The translations under genes and the position numbers were made by a program. Below, piece after piece: positions 24,101 to 35,969 of a DNA stretch of 64,000 bases. Origin of the DNA: Leucoraja erinacea (taxonomy: Eukaryota); the NCBI RefSeq assembly GCF_028641065.1, contig NC_073386.1, positions 55,428,001-55,492,000 on the forward strand, in the 5' to 3' direction. The notes under the pieces were generated by a model. It saw only the letters and a program-made list of their open reading frames with translations. It was not told where the DNA came from and searched no databases. Each line of letters opens with the position of its first letter. Within the stretch, counting starts at the first letter, position 1.

Positions 24101-27100
24101 CCCCCCATTTCAGGGCACCATAATGTTTGGGACACAGCAATGTAATGTAAATGAAAGTAGTCATGTTTAGTATTTTGTTGCATATCCTTTGCATGCAATG
24201 ACTGCTTGAAGTCTGTGATTCATGGATATCACCAGTTGCTGGGTGTCTTCTCTGGTGATACTCTGCCAGGCCTGTATTGTAGACATCTTTAGCTTATGCT
24301 TGTTTTGGGGGCAAGTCCCCTTCAGTTTTCTCTTCAGCATATAAAAGGCATGCTCAATTGGGTTCAGATGAGGTGATTGGCTTGGCCACTCAATAATTTA
24401 CCATTTTTCTAGCTTTGAAAATCTCCTTTGCTGCTTTAGCAGTATGTTTGGGATCGTTGTCTTGCTGTAGAATGAACCGCCGGCCAATGAGTTTCGAGGC
24501 ATTTGTTTGAATTTGAGCAGATAGGATGTGTCTATACACTTCAGAATTCATTATGCTACTAACATCAGCAGTAGTTTCATCAATGAAGATAAGTGAGCCA
24601 GTACCGTCAGCAGCCATACATGCCCAGGCCATAACACCCCCACCACTGTGTTTCACAGATGAGGTGGTATGCTTTGGATCTTGGGCAGTTCCTTCTCTCA
24701 TCCATACTTTGCTCTTGCCATCACTCTGATATGTTAATCTTCATCTCATCTGTCCACAAGATCTTTTTCCAGAACTGTGGTTGCTCTTTTAAGTACTTCT
24801 TGACAAACTGTAACCTTATCAGCCTATTTTTGCAGCTAACCAGTGGTTTGCATCTTGCAGTGTAGCCTCTGTATTTCTGTTCATGAAGTCTTCTGCGGAC
24901 AGTGGTCATTGACAAATCCACCCCTGAAGAGTGTTTCTGATCTGTCGGACAAGTGTTTGGGAATTTTTCTTTATTATAGAGAGAATTCTTCTGTCGTCAG
25001 TTGTGGAGGTTTTCCTTGGCCTGACAGCCCTTTTGCGGTTAGTAAGCTCACCAGTGCTCTCTTTCTTCTTCATGATGTTCCAAACAGTTGATTTTGGTAA
25101 GCCTAAGGTCTGGCTGATGTCTCTAACAGTTTTATTCTTGTTTCTCAGTCCCATAGTGGCTTCTTTGACTTTCATTGGCACAACTTTGGTCCTCATGTTG
25201 ATAAACAGCAATAAAAGTTTCCAAAGGTGATGGAAAGACTGGAGGAAAGACTAGGTGCTGAGAGCTCTCTTTATCTGTATTAAGGAAATGGGGGGACTAT
25301 GTATAAACACAGCAGTAATTTCTACATGGTGAAACCAAAATGTATAAAAATCCCTTTAATACATGTGATTTTTTTCTATTACAAATTTCAAATTGTGGAG
25401 TACAGAGGCAAATAAATAAATGATGGGTCTTTGTCCCAAACATTATGGAGGGCACTGTATGCGTTGACAGATAACTCTTGTCTAGTGCACAGTCGCATCA
25501 AAGAAGTTTGAATGTTAGGCTGCGGCAAAGTTACCGGTGCTTCTTCAACTTTAGCAAGATTCATGAAAACAATCTTGTGAACATTCACGTGTAATTTAGC
25601 TTCAGTATTTCTTATGCTGAAATATATTTCAGGGAAAGGAATTGGAGATCAAATTAGTTTCCCCAGTGTCAGAACCTTTTGGAGTACTACTGATTCTAAC
25701 TTTAATGCAACTTAATTTCTAAAGCAGAGTGTTCTTTATTTCAGATTAAACTTAGTGAAGTAGTGGGAACTGGAAAAGATGGAAGAATTCTGAAGGAAGA
25801 TATATTGAACTACTTGGCGAAGCAAACTGGTGCCATTTTACCACCTTCACCTGAGATTGTTCCACCTCCTCCAGAACTAGTTTCAACTAAACCTAAAGGG
25901 GCACCGTTTCTACCTAAGCCAATAACTCCAATAATACAATATACGGGAAAAGATAGAACCGAGGCCGTTAAAGGTAAAGTCGTTTTGAATATTCCATATT
26001 TTGAATTTTGTACGTTAAGCAACATTGGAATATGGGCTCACTTCCACAAAATGGTTCTCTCAGTTTCACATGTGGGGATTTATGAATCTTCACAAAAGCA
26101 TTCCTGGAACGTTTCTGCTCCCTTTGAGGTACACAAGAAAATAGCAGAAGTAAGCCCCTCAAGCCTGCCCTTCCCTCCACAATGATCATCGCTGATCTAT
26201 GCTAGCCTCAATTCTTCTGTGCCAATTTCCTTGATTTTTCAAATATTTATCTATCTCCACCTTAAATATATCTAACAATCTGTCTGCTAGAAGAAATTAC
26301 TGTGTACCTCAGTTGTAATAACTGGACTCTCATTTTGTAGCTCTATCCCCTTGAACATCGAAAAGTACAGCATAGAAACAGGCCCTTCGGCCCACCATGT
26401 CTGTGCCGCACATGATGCCAAGCTGAACTCCTCTTGACTGCCTGCACGTGATCCGGTCCCTGAATATCCATGTGCCTATCTAAAAGCCTCTAATTGCCAC
26501 TATCCCATCTACCTCCTCCACCATCCCTGAGAGTATGTTCAAGGCACTCATTGGCCTCTGTGCAAAAAAAAACTTGCCATGCACGTCTTTAAACTTTGCT
26601 CCTTTCACCTTAAAGCTATGTCCTCTGGTACCTGACATTTCCACCCTGGGAGAAAGTTTCTGCATGTCTTTAGGTTTAGTATTATCACGCATACCGAGGT
26701 ATAGTGATGTGCTTTGTATGGCATGCTCTCCAATCAAATAAAGTAATACTACACATAAACACAATCAAGCCAAGTTCCAGTACAATAGATACACCGAAGG
26801 GAAAGATGCAGAGTGCAGAATATAGTTCTCAGTATTGTAGAGTAACATTTCCAGAGACAAGATCCTACAAGTTAGGGGAGAAATGGACTGTATCCTAGCT
26901 TATGGAAGGACCATCCAGAAGCCTGATGAGAGGGAAAGAATCTGTTACTGAATCTCATGGTGCAAGATTTCAACGTGATGGAAGTGGGGAGAAGAAGAAT
27001 TGACCAGAGCAGGACAGGTTTTTTTAATTATGTCGGCTGCATTCCAGAGATGGTGTAAAGTGTAGATGGAGTCAATGGTGGGCGGCCTAGTCTGAGTGAT

Positions 27101-30100
27101 GGACAAGACTATAGCCACGACTCTCTGCAATTTCTTCCGGTCTTGGGCAGAGCTGTTACCAAACCAAGCTGTGATGCAACCCAACAGTGGTGCATCTGCA
27201 GAAGTTTATAAGCGTCATTGGAAACATGCCAAATTTCCTCAGTCTCTTGAAGAAGAGACGTTGGTATGCCCTCTTGCTTTGGCTGTCGTTTCAATGTGGT
27301 TGGTCTACACCAGATCAATGGTAATGGTTTCTCCAAGGAACCTGAAGCTCTTGACCATTTCAACTCTGGCACCATTGATGCAGATTGGGATACGTACTCC
27401 ACCATGCTTCTTAATGTTAAGCCTATCTGTGCCTCTTATAATTTTATATGTTTCTGTCTAGTTGTCCCCCAACCTACGACTTCCTAACTCTTCTACTTAA
27501 TGCACCGACCAATGAGGGCAAGCATTCTTTACGCCTTCTTCACCATTCTACCAGGAGGTTGAGGGGTGATTTTATGGAGATGTTCAAAATCATGAGAGGA
27601 ATAGATCGGGTAGATGCACAGAATACATGGATAGGACAAGTTTAGAGTGATATGGGCCAAACGCAGGCAGGTGGGACTAGGAGAGGTGGGTTATGTTGGG
27701 CGATGTGGGCAAGTTGGGCCACAATGCATGACTCTATGGTGTTGCTACTTTCATGTAGCTATGCACTTGGATCCCAAGATCACTCTCTATATTAATGCTA
27801 TTAAGCGTCTTGCCATTAATTGCACACTTTCCCCTTGCATTCGACTCCCCAAAGTGCAACATTTCACACCTGAGTGCAATCCGCTTACTGCTCTAAGTTA
27901 AACATTCCCAAGTGGCGCCTGTGAATCATCCGACAAGGATATTGATTCACCTCCAATTCAGATGCAACCCATCCCTCTTGCATGGGCTGCGGAACCGGGG
28001 GGGGGGGGGGGGGGCCTGTATTATCCCCCAGTTTTTGGAGGTCGAGCAACAACAAAAAATAATAAATGTGCCACCCTCCCCCCGAGGCAGGTGATCGGTG
28101 ATCGCTCAGCCCCAAAAACATTCCACGGCCCCCGTCTTGTACAGGTCATCTCTGCACCAGAAAAGATCCCTAAGGACCAAAAGTCTGAAACTCTGCTCCC
28201 GATACTAGTCCGTATGATGTAAATGGAAAAGCTGGAATTATAAAATTTGTAAATGATTTTCAAAGGTTTTGTTTTACTGCAGTCACCAAATTTAAGTGGA
28301 TAACAGCTCAGAAAATTTGTATTTTCGAGTTAAATTAGGATTGTTTAGAAACGGTGAGCACATGGAAGTAAAAATCATTGAATATTGTCTCATATTCATG
28401 GTGTATGCAGAACTTTCTAAATTAAACACCAAGCCGACACTTTGAATGTTTGTTTTCTTTCATCACAGGGATACAGAAGGCTATGGTAAAGACCATGTCT
28501 GTCGCACTTAAAATTCCTCATTTTGGTTACTGCGATGAAGTAGATTTAACTTGCCTTGTAAAATTACGAAACGACTTGAAGGTTGTGACAGCTGATAGAG
28601 GGATCAAACTATCTTTCATGCCATTCTTTTTGAAGGTGAGGAAAAACAACAATTTGATCAAAATCGAGTTCCATTGATTGCTTGTTTAAAAACCTCTATA
28701 GAAATTAGAGGAAGCTCTTGTGCTCTCTTGTCTCTTATCTATGTTTCAATCCACTGTGAAACATTACCATTAGTTTCTCAGGGATGAGACTGTACCTAAA
28801 CTTTGTAACTTTTTTCTGATGCCTGAAAGTTTTGATCTGTGAATCAAACAGTCAATGCTCTTACTGACGTCTTGTTATCTGCAATATGCTTGAGGTGTTA
28901 CTTATTTTCTGGTGAATAGAATGTCCTTAACTTAAAATATTGTTTAATTCAATAATTTCACCCGATAATGGCCAGTTTCAGCAAACATATTGTAATAGCA
29001 AAGATAAATTAAAAATGTTTCTGCAGCATATATTCAAGTTATTTTTATCAGGAAATTATAAATTATTACTGAACCTTGCATCATCTGCATCAACGTATTA
29101 TTTTAGTCCAACTACATGAAACTATGAATCCATCCAGTGACAGACGAGATTCCAGAATTTTCTTATAGAATATAAAGTCCAAAAATGAAAATTTGCAGAG
29201 GAATCTTGGGAACTTCGTAATTTCAATAGTCTTTATAAAATCAAAAATTGACCTGTAAAATTGAAGAATTGAAAATTCTGTGTGCTTTATTCCAACAGGC
29301 AGCATCTTTGGGATTGCTACAATATCCTATCCTAAACGCTTCATTGGATGAGGACTGCCAGTTTATAACATATAAGGTATAACTGCATTATATGAGGTTA
29401 ATAAATAAATGTCAACAGCGTTATTTTCTGGGGAACACAGATCATAAAAAATCTTCAATATATAAATGTTAGCCGTATTGCGATTATATCTGAGCATACT
29501 GGCATCATGCTTGGCCAGACATTATGGCTGAAGGGCCTGTACCTCTGATGTACTGTTGTATATTCCGTCAGCTAAGTTAATGTGTTTTGATCAGATGATT
29601 TATTTGCAACAAAATCTGTTGAATTAAATTACAGATTGATTTCTAAGCACACAGTGAGAATTGCAGCCTTGTGCAACCAGTACTTACAAATAGAGATATA
29701 AAGAAGATAAGGCTGAATGTCGGATGGTGGTTGGGGTGGCAGATTTTTTTAAATTTGCATGGACATCTTGATCTTTCGGAACAGGGGCTCTGCGCATCTT
29801 TCTGCAACTGGATCCTTGATGTCCTTCTCAACAGACCAACGTCTGTATGAATTGGCAGCAAACACTTCCTCCTCGATAACCATTAGCACGGGCGTGCTCC
29901 ACCTCCAGCTCTACTCACTCTATGCTCGTGATTGTGTAGCTAGACACAGTTCGAACTCCATCTTCAAGTTTGCCGAAGACCCCACTGTTGTTGGACGTAT
30001 AATAAGATGATGATGAGTCTGAGTATTGGAGGGAGATCGATCGACTGATCAAATGATGCCAGAACAACAACCTTGCTCTCAACATTAGTAAGACCAAGGA

Positions 30101-33100
30101 ATTGATCGTGCACTTTGGACGAGGAAGAATGAGGATCCACAAACCTGTCGTCATCGACAGGATGGTGGTGGAGAGAGTGAAAGGCTTCAAATTCCTGGGT
30201 GTACATTTCTGAAGATCCGAACCGGACCGAGCACATTGATTCAATCATAAAGAAAGCCCATCAGCACCTCTACTTCCTTAAAAGATTGAGGAGATTTGGT
30301 ATGTCAATGAATACCCTCTTGAACTTCTACAGGTGTACAGTAGAGAGCATATTGGATCACGGCCTGGTTTGCAACTCAAACGCCCAGGAATGAAGAAGAT
30401 TGCAAAAGGTGGTGAACATTGCCTGGTCCATCACAGGTACTGACCTCCCCGCCATTGAAGGGATCTCCAAGAGTAGCTGCCTTAAAAAGGCAGACGGCAT
30501 CAACAGAGACCCACACTACAGTGGTCACTCTCTCAGTCCACTTCTGCCATCGAGGTGAAGGTATAGGAGCCTGAAAACTATCACGTCCAGGTTCAGGAGC
30601 AGCTTTTTTTCCAATCAAGAGGCTTTTAAACACTTCAACCTCCAAATAGGCTCCAAGCTTTTTAGACTATATAGACTTGGGCTCATTATTTTTGCATTAT
30701 TATTGTCTTTATTTTTCTGTTTGTTATTTTATATATAGATGTTGAACATTTTTTATTGTTTGCGATGGGTTTTACAGAGTATTATGCTTACATTTCTGTT
30801 TTGCTACTGCAAGTAAGAATTTCATTGTTCCGTTTTGGGACAAATGACAATAAAACACTCTTGATCTTTACTGAGACGTAGCATTTGCAGAGAAGAACAC
30901 ATTGCAACTGTAATGTTTGAATCAGATTACTTATGCCATGAATAATTAATCTAACCAAGTACTGCCGGTGTACTTTCTTTAAAGTTAATGATTAAACAAG
31001 TTTAGAATAGCTTTGTATCCATGGCTACCTTATTTGGCTATTGCCAATGGCCGGCTGCTATTACCTGACCAACCATGTATCCTTGAGAATTAATGTGTGT
31101 ACAGATATCTTGAAATCTCATTAAAATAGTACAACTAATTGCGTTCAACCATTTTGAAGACAGAACGTTATATCGTTTAAAATGCATTAAGTGCTGTTTA
31201 ATGCGCACAGATTTACGATAGAATCCCAGTCTTGCACATTAAGTACTTTTAATGTCTTCTGACTTTAAAAAAAATTACAGTTTCTCACTATCCATAGAAC
31301 CTTTTCTACAGATTAAGATGGAATATAATTCATACATTTTGTTTCGGAGTTTATACATTTATCTGACAAGGTTTTGGCAGAGGAAAACTTGTTTCATTAA
31401 TAATAGATTTTCATTCAGCTATGTTACTTACCATTAATTTGAAATAGCTTTTTTCTTCACCACCAGTATCTAGAAGGAAATGAACAGCAAATTATTGCCA
31501 ATGATAAAGAAAATATACTGAGTGCATTATGTCATTACTCTATATCATGTTTAAAAGAATGATCCTAGTTTGTTTTTTTTTTCTCTTTCGTGACAGTCTT
31601 CCCATAACATTGGCATCGCTATGGATACACAACAAGGTCTGATTGTTCCAGTAGTTAAGAATGTACAGATACTTAGTGTCTTTGAGATTGCAGCAGAAAT
31701 AAACCGGCTGCTTACTCTGGGCTTGGCGAATCAACTGGGGACGAACGATCTAAGTGGAGGGACGTTCACTCTTTCCAACATTGGCACGGTCAGTAAAGTG
31801 TAGTTACAACACCTGTGTACCTCTTTTGCTTTTCTTTTTTATATCCACAAGTTTGGCCAGATTGCAGTTCCTTAATACTGGAAGTATCAAAATTAGGCAT
31901 TATTCTGGTACATACTAGAGCCCACATTTCTTCTTGGTTGTGTCTTTTGCATCTTCGAAAGATTTAAGGCCCTGTCCCACTGTACCAGGTAATTCAAGAG
32001 TTCTCCCGTGATTCGAACTCGGAGAATGTACGTAGCGGGTACGTAGGAGCTCGTGGATATCTCATAGTGGCTCGTAATGCTAACGGCAGGTACTCGGGAA
32101 ACGCGGTAACTCGTGAAGTTTTTCCAACACTGTGAAAAATGTCCAAGAGTAAACAAATACTCGTGATGAACTTACCACGAGTTTGATTTTTTTTTTTTTG
32201 AACTCGGGAGAGCTCTTGGATAAGCTTGCATCGTTGGACAGGGGCTTTATTCTCAGCAGGGTTGTCTCTGTCAGGACTTGGTTGTTGCATCATCTATGTA
32301 CAAAGCAAAAATTGGACCTTTGATTTCTAGTATAAATAAGGAATCATTCAAGTGCTGAGTACCATTCTATCAATTGTAGAGAATATTTCACACAATATTA
32401 ATGTGGAAGTGAGATGCCACTTCAAAGGGAGAGGTGCAAAAGCTAGCTGCTGCATTATTTGAAAAAGCAAATCCATAATTGTTCTAATTTGTAATTGAAG
32501 TCTCAGTGCCGCTATGACGCTTCCTGATTGATGAAGCAACACCTCCAATACTTTCCCCTTCCTTTCTTTCACACCTGAAACATTGAAACCCTGAAAAGTT
32601 GAGCTGCCAGCCATTTCCCTCCTGCAACCATGTTTCCGCAATGTCTCAACATTATAGTCCAAAGCAATGATTCAGGCTTTGAGTTCATCGGGTTTCCCCA
32701 CAATACTCCTTGCATTGAAATAAAAACACTTTGGCCCATCAGCGTCACTCTATTCATTCACCTCTCCCTGCCTGTCCTTCTTTGGAGACTTACTGATCCT
32801 ATCCTCCATGTTCCCATCACTACTTCCAATTGCTGACCTACTACTGTGGTTCCCGCTGCCCTGCCTTCATCAATCTTGGTATTGAGTAGACAATAGACAA
32901 TAGGTGCAGGAGTAGGCCATTCGGCCCTTCGAGCCAGCATCGCCATTCACTGTGATCATGGCTGATCATCCACATTCAGTACCCCGTTCCTGCCTTCTCA
33001 CCATATCCCCTGACTCTGCTATCTTTAAGAGCACTATCTAACTCTCTTGAAAGTATCCAGAGAATTGGCCTCCACTGCCTTCTGAGGCAGAGAATTCCAC

Positions 33101-35161
33101 AAATCCACAACTCACAACTCACTGGGTATAAATGTTTTTCCTCATCTCCATTCTAAATGGCCTACCCCTTATACTTAAACTCTGACACCCCCCCCCCCCC
33201 CCCCCCAACATCGGGACCATGTTTCCTGCCTCTAGCGTGTCAAATCCCTTAATAATCTTATATGTTTCAATAAGATCCCTTCTCATCCCTCTAAATTCCA
33301 GAGTATACAAGCCCAGCTGCTCCATTCTATCAACATATGACAGTCCCGCCATCCCGGGAATTAACCTGGTGAACCTACACTGCACTCCCTCAATAGCAAG
33401 AATGCCCTTCTCAAATTTGGAGACCAAAACAGCACTCAATACTCCAGGTGTGGTCTCACTAAGGTTCTGTACAACTGCAGAAGGACCTCTTTGCTCCTAT
33501 ACTCAACTCCTTTTGTTATGAAGGCCAATATGCCATTTGCTTTCGTCACTGCCTGCTGTACCTGCACGCTTACTTTCAGTGAGTGAAGAACAAGGACCCT
33601 CAGATCTCTTTGTACTTCACCTTTTAGAATAGTATAGAAGTTGGGACATGGTGCAACAGTTGTATAAGACATTGGTGAGGCCATGTTTGGAGTATTATAT
33701 TCAGTTTTGGTCACCCTGCTATTCAGTTTTGGTCACCCTGTCGCCCAATGTAGCTGAGATAGAGTTTGGGGATAGCGCCAGTGTTTGCCTGGAACAGGGA
33801 TTGTTCGATGTACCCTACAAAGAGCCAGGCATAGCTGGGGCCCATCCGAGTATAAATAGAGCTTTATACTTGTTCTGCCTGGTAAATGATAGGAAATTTA
33901 CCAGGCAGAATTCTTCTTCTTGTGTATGGTGTGCACAGCCTAAAGTAGTTTTGGTGATTAAGTTAATGTAACAAACAAGATTCCACCAGCTTGATCATAC
34001 TTGTTTCACATGATGGCTTATACAATGTTGGCTAAGGTACTGACAAACTAAATATAAATGTGTTGACAGTGTCACAGCAGTCCTACTGTTGGTACTGTAG
34101 CCACGTGCCTAGTGTTTCATCTTGCCCGTAATGATTATATAATGGGATAAGTGTGTGTGCCCATGTTTTGTCCTTTAACAGTTCAAAAAACACAGTCCAA
34201 CTGATAGTGACATTTCTTTTATTTAGCTATTTGAATTAAGCTAGTTGAATGCACATTAAATCATTACTGTGTGATATTTGTCTGTTTGCAGATTGGTGGC
34301 ACCTATGCTAAACCTGTTATATTACCTCCAGAAGCTGCTATTGGAGCTATTGGAAAGATACAGGTAAGGAAATGGTGTTATTAAACGTGTAGAAATTGCA
34401 GGCTCGAGCAGACATAAAAAGGAGATGGCAGGGTGAAGCATGTAGGGTGAACCAGAGGCAAGCATGGACAGAGCATTGGGGCAACTACCCCAAAGGAGTA
34501 CGCAGCAGTAATTGGCCACAAGGTGATTGGAAGTGGTGTGTGAAGAAGCTCAGGGTGATGAGTCAGTGCACCAGGTGGGGTGAAGCATGAACAGGCTGCA
34601 AAGGTTGCATGAAGCAAGAGCAAACCTCACATGCAGCAGAGAGGAGAGGAGAGCAGAGGGAGCAGTATGATTTGGCGAGGATCTGGCTGGCCAATTCAGT
34701 GAAGATCCGGCAGACTTGAACGGGTGATGGCCCAGCAGACCTAGTATGGTTAACCAGGAACAAGGATGGACAGAGCAAAGTGGCAACCGACCAAGGAGTG
34801 CATGACAGCAATCAGTCGTGGGGTAAAGCAGAATAGGATTAGCGTGGATAGGTGTAGAGTGGCATGAGCGTGTTGGGCAAATGACTGCTTTCTGTGCTGT
34901 AAGATAGGATTAACACAACTGCAGTTTGCAAAAAAATTATTCTTCAACTTTTCCCACTGACTTCCCCTAATTTCTGACTGTATTACTCTTTAGGTTCTCC
35001 CCCGATTTAATGACAATGGTGAAATAATCAAGGCTCAAATCATGAATATTAGCTGGTCAGCTGATCACCGGATTATTGATGGTGCAACTATGGCCCGTTT
35101 TTCAAATCTTTGGAAATTTTACTTGGAGAATCCCGCAACCATGCTGCTCGACTTAAAGTAA
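1708..35161 (+). CDS. DBT: DBT, E2 subunit (dihydrolipoamide branched-chain transacylase) of the BCKDH complex; full spliced CDS, 11 exons, 1494 nt, 497 aa
   Basis: join(1708-1788,11266-11386,11481-11556,18220-18401,22049-22176,25745-25973,28469-28635,29299-29376,31597-31788,34292-34363,34994-35161). All introns are GT-AG and phases are compatible. Contains the lipoyl motif [13 protein letters not shown], the subunit-binding motif [25 protein letters not shown] and the catalytic [10 protein letters not shown]. Confidence 0.97.
3430..4015 (+). mobile_element. Decayed CR1 LINE, reverse transcriptase fragment
   Basis: Remnants of [15 protein letters not shown](DD)TKVG and LYKVL in shifting frames. 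Confidence 0.8.
4247..6500 (+). mobile_element. 5'-truncated, frameshifted Rex1/Babar-type LINE
   Basis: [63 protein letters not shown]; 3' (GACTT)n tail. Confidence 0.85.
6719..7954. mobile_element. Non-autonomous TcMar-Tigger (Tigger4/Zombi-like) element with palindromic GC-rich interior, copy 1
   Basis: 22-bp TIRs CAGGTGCACAACCTTTTATCCG with TA on both flanks; one end (..TTATCCGAAAGCCTTGGGACCAGA..CGGATTTCGG) resembles recalled MER46/Tigger4 ends; no transposase. Confidence 0.85.
9311..9513 (+). mobile_element. Solo Penelope-like terminal-repeat insertion with 9-bp TSD, containing a minimal hammerhead motif
   Basis: CTGCAGTAG duplicated at 9302-9310 and 9514-9522; same repeat as the PLE ends near 12920 and 15945. 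Confidence 0.75.
9423..9458 (+). ncRNA. Putative minimal type I hammerhead ribozyme
   Basis: CTGAAGA-A-GGGC(TTCG)GCCC-GAAA-CGTT: CUGANGA and GAAA core, 4-bp stem II, palindromic ACGT stem III; stem I is weak; activity untested. Confidence 0.6.
11266..11386 (+). CDS. DBT: DBT exon 2 ([19 protein letters not shown]...LRTSA)
   Basis: Pyrimidine tract + CAG acceptor, G|GTAACT donor; resembles human ICVRYFQTCGNVHVLKPNY. Confidence 0.88.
11481..11556 (+). CDS. DBT: DBT exon 3 ([26 protein letters not shown])
   Basis: Start of lipoyl domain; TAG acceptor, TG|GTGAGT donor; preceded by a 94-bp intron. Confidence 0.96.
12385..16080 (+). mobile_element. Decayed Penelope-like element (RT + GIY-YIG) with direct terminal repeats and an inverted partial repeat at the 5' side
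   Basis: RT remnants [20 protein letters not shown] and [12 protein letters not shown]; GIY-YIG region [19 protein letters not shown]. Direct repeats at ~12660-13080 and ~15740-16080 each carry a degenerate hammerhead; inverted copy at 12385-12495. Confidence 0.8.
14764..14957 (-). mobile_element. Short 5'-truncated A-tailed retroposon 3' end inserted in the PLE
   Basis: 16-bp TSD CTCTTGTAAAGATGCT at 14748-14763 and 14958-14973; AATAAA and A-rich tail on the minus strand. Confidence 0.75.
16380..16960 (-). mobile_element. Decayed CR1 RT fragment
   Basis: Reverse complement gives [37 protein letters not shown]. Confidence 0.75.
17093..18075. mobile_element. Non-autonomous TcMar-Tigger (Tigger4/Zombi-like) element, copy 2, inverted relative to copy 1
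   Basis: Same 22-bp TIRs and TA flanks (17091-17092, 18076-18077); the GAAAGCCTTGGGACC end is on the left here and on the right in copy 1. Confidence 0.85.
18220..18401 (+). CDS. DBT: DBT exon 4, lipoyl-lysine domain
   Basis: [39 protein letters not shown]...; TAG acceptor, GTACAT donor. Confidence 0.97.
18578..18925 (+). mobile_element. tRNA-derived HE1/V-type SINE (related copies at ~19085-19400 +, 41540-41740 +, 46670-46960 -, 56655-56915 -)
   Basis: Box-B-like GAGTTCGATCCC, V-domain-like TTTGTACGTTCTCC..TTCTCCG..CGGTTTTTTCCCACA, CR1-like GAAGGGCCTGTTTCC and (CTAAA)n tail. Confidence 0.75.
19205..19342 (-). mobile_element. ~140-bp (GAA)n-tailed short retroposon (second copy 49681-49820 +, fragment ~33911-33945)
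   Basis: The two copies align over their length; flanked by the near-duplication CAGC(G/A)TGGACT inside a host SINE. Confidence 0.7.
22049..22176 (+). CDS. DBT: DBT exon 5
   Basis: [39 protein letters not shown]; TAG acceptor, GTAAGT donor. Confidence 0.95.
23591..23898 (-). mobile_element. CR1 3' end, same subfamily as 8729-9020
   Basis: Near-identical to 8730-9015; (AGAAACAT)n tail; inserted in a PLE-type repeat. Confidence 0.88.
23922..25457 (-). mobile_element. Tc1 (DD34E-type, IR/DR) transposon with frameshifted transposase
   Basis: TIRs CAGTGCCCTCCATAATGTTTGGGACAAAGACCCATC.. with TA flanks; inner repeat at ~24111; transposase pieces [64 protein letters not shown]. Confidence 0.93.
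25745..25973 (+). CDS. DBT: DBT exon 6
   Basis: [36 protein letters not shown]...GKDRTEAVK; CAG acceptor, GTAAAG donor. Confidence 0.96.
26680..27410 (-). mobile_element. Rex1/Babar-type LINE 3' fragment
   Basis: [22 protein letters not shown] on the minus strand. Confidence 0.75.
28469..28635 (+). CDS. DBT: DBT exon 7
   Basis: [28 protein letters not shown]...[10 protein letters not shown]; CAG acceptor, GTGAGG donor. Confidence 0.97.
29299..29376 (+). CDS. DBT: DBT exon 8
   Basis: [26 protein letters not shown]; CAG acceptor, GTATAA donor. Confidence 0.96.
29750..30870 (+). mobile_element. Rex1/Babar-type LINE 3' fragment
   Basis: [29 protein letters not shown] and [17 protein letters not shown]; tail GACAATAAA..CTTGATC. 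Confidence 0.8.
31597..31788 (+). CDS. DBT: DBT exon 9
   Basis: [24 protein letters not shown]...[11 protein letters not shown]; CAG acceptor, GTCAGT donor. Confidence 0.97.
31967..32246. mobile_element. PIF/Harbinger-type MITE
   Basis: Imperfect TIRs AGGCCCTGTCCCA / TTGGACAGGGGCT with TTA on both flanks. Confidence 0.7.
32886..33625 (-). mobile_element. CR1 LINE 3' part
   Basis: [15 protein letters not shown] and [13 protein letters not shown]; (AGACAAT)n tail. Confidence 0.88.
34292..34363 (+). CDS. DBT: DBT exon 10
   Basis: [24 protein letters not shown]; CAG acceptor, GTAAGG donor. Confidence 0.97.
34994..35161 (+). CDS. DBT: DBT exon 11, catalytic His motif and stop
   Basis: [55 protein letters not shown]; AATAAA at 35350. 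Confidence 0.97.
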   Translation, partial: VLPRFNDNGEIIKAQIMNISWSADHRIIDGATMARFSNLWKFYLENPATMLLDLK

Positions 35162-35969
35162 ATGGAGGTGATTGATGCACGGCACTTAAGACAGACAGAC
35201 AGCTTCGAGCAAAGGGCATTTGCTGTTGTTTACATGTAATTAAGTGCACTTGTAATCTTCCCTGTAATGTTTTGTATTCTGAACAGTAATGTGCTTAAGC
35301 CACATTGTATTCTGTAGAGGTTACAGTAGGTTAGAGCTCTTTCAATAATAATAAATGGTGGAAGGGATACAGTTGGTGAAAGGTGAGGTTTATCGTGAAT
35401 ACTGGTTAAAGTAGTAACCTGTTAGGTCATCTCCATACCACCCCAAATCCCTCTAACAATAATAGGTCATTGTGGAACTTTGACAATTGCAGCATCTGTT
35501 TTAAATGCATAAGCAAAGGCCATGACCCATATAAACACGATTGTTGTCTAATGTGGCTTCTATAATTGATCCTTGAGCACTGGAAACTATTGTAAGCTAT
35601 CAAAATATGCTCATCCCTGTTACATAATGGATGCATAAATTGTCCCTTGTACAGTTTTACAAATTATGAAATGTTAGAGATATACAGAACCATAGGATAC
35701 TTATTCAACTGCACCGTTGCAAACACTAATAATTCTGCAGTATTAAAGTTTAGGAGGAAGGAAGTATATGGTAATCAGGGGGTTAATATAGTTTTATTAA
35801 TGACTGTTTCCTGGTTCTGATGACATGAAAAACACTGTATTCCAACTTTAATTTTAAAAAGGTACAAACATCATGTGCATAATATTCTGATCTCCAAAAG
35901 GTTAGTTACAATAAACATTTACTGTGATATATCATTTGAATTTTATTTCAACTTGTCATGTTTTCAATC

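Noticed and set aside
34380-34880. Purine-rich stretch with recurring GTGAAGCATG-like words in DBT intron 10
   Set aside because: No consistent period, coherent ORF or termini could be established by eye.
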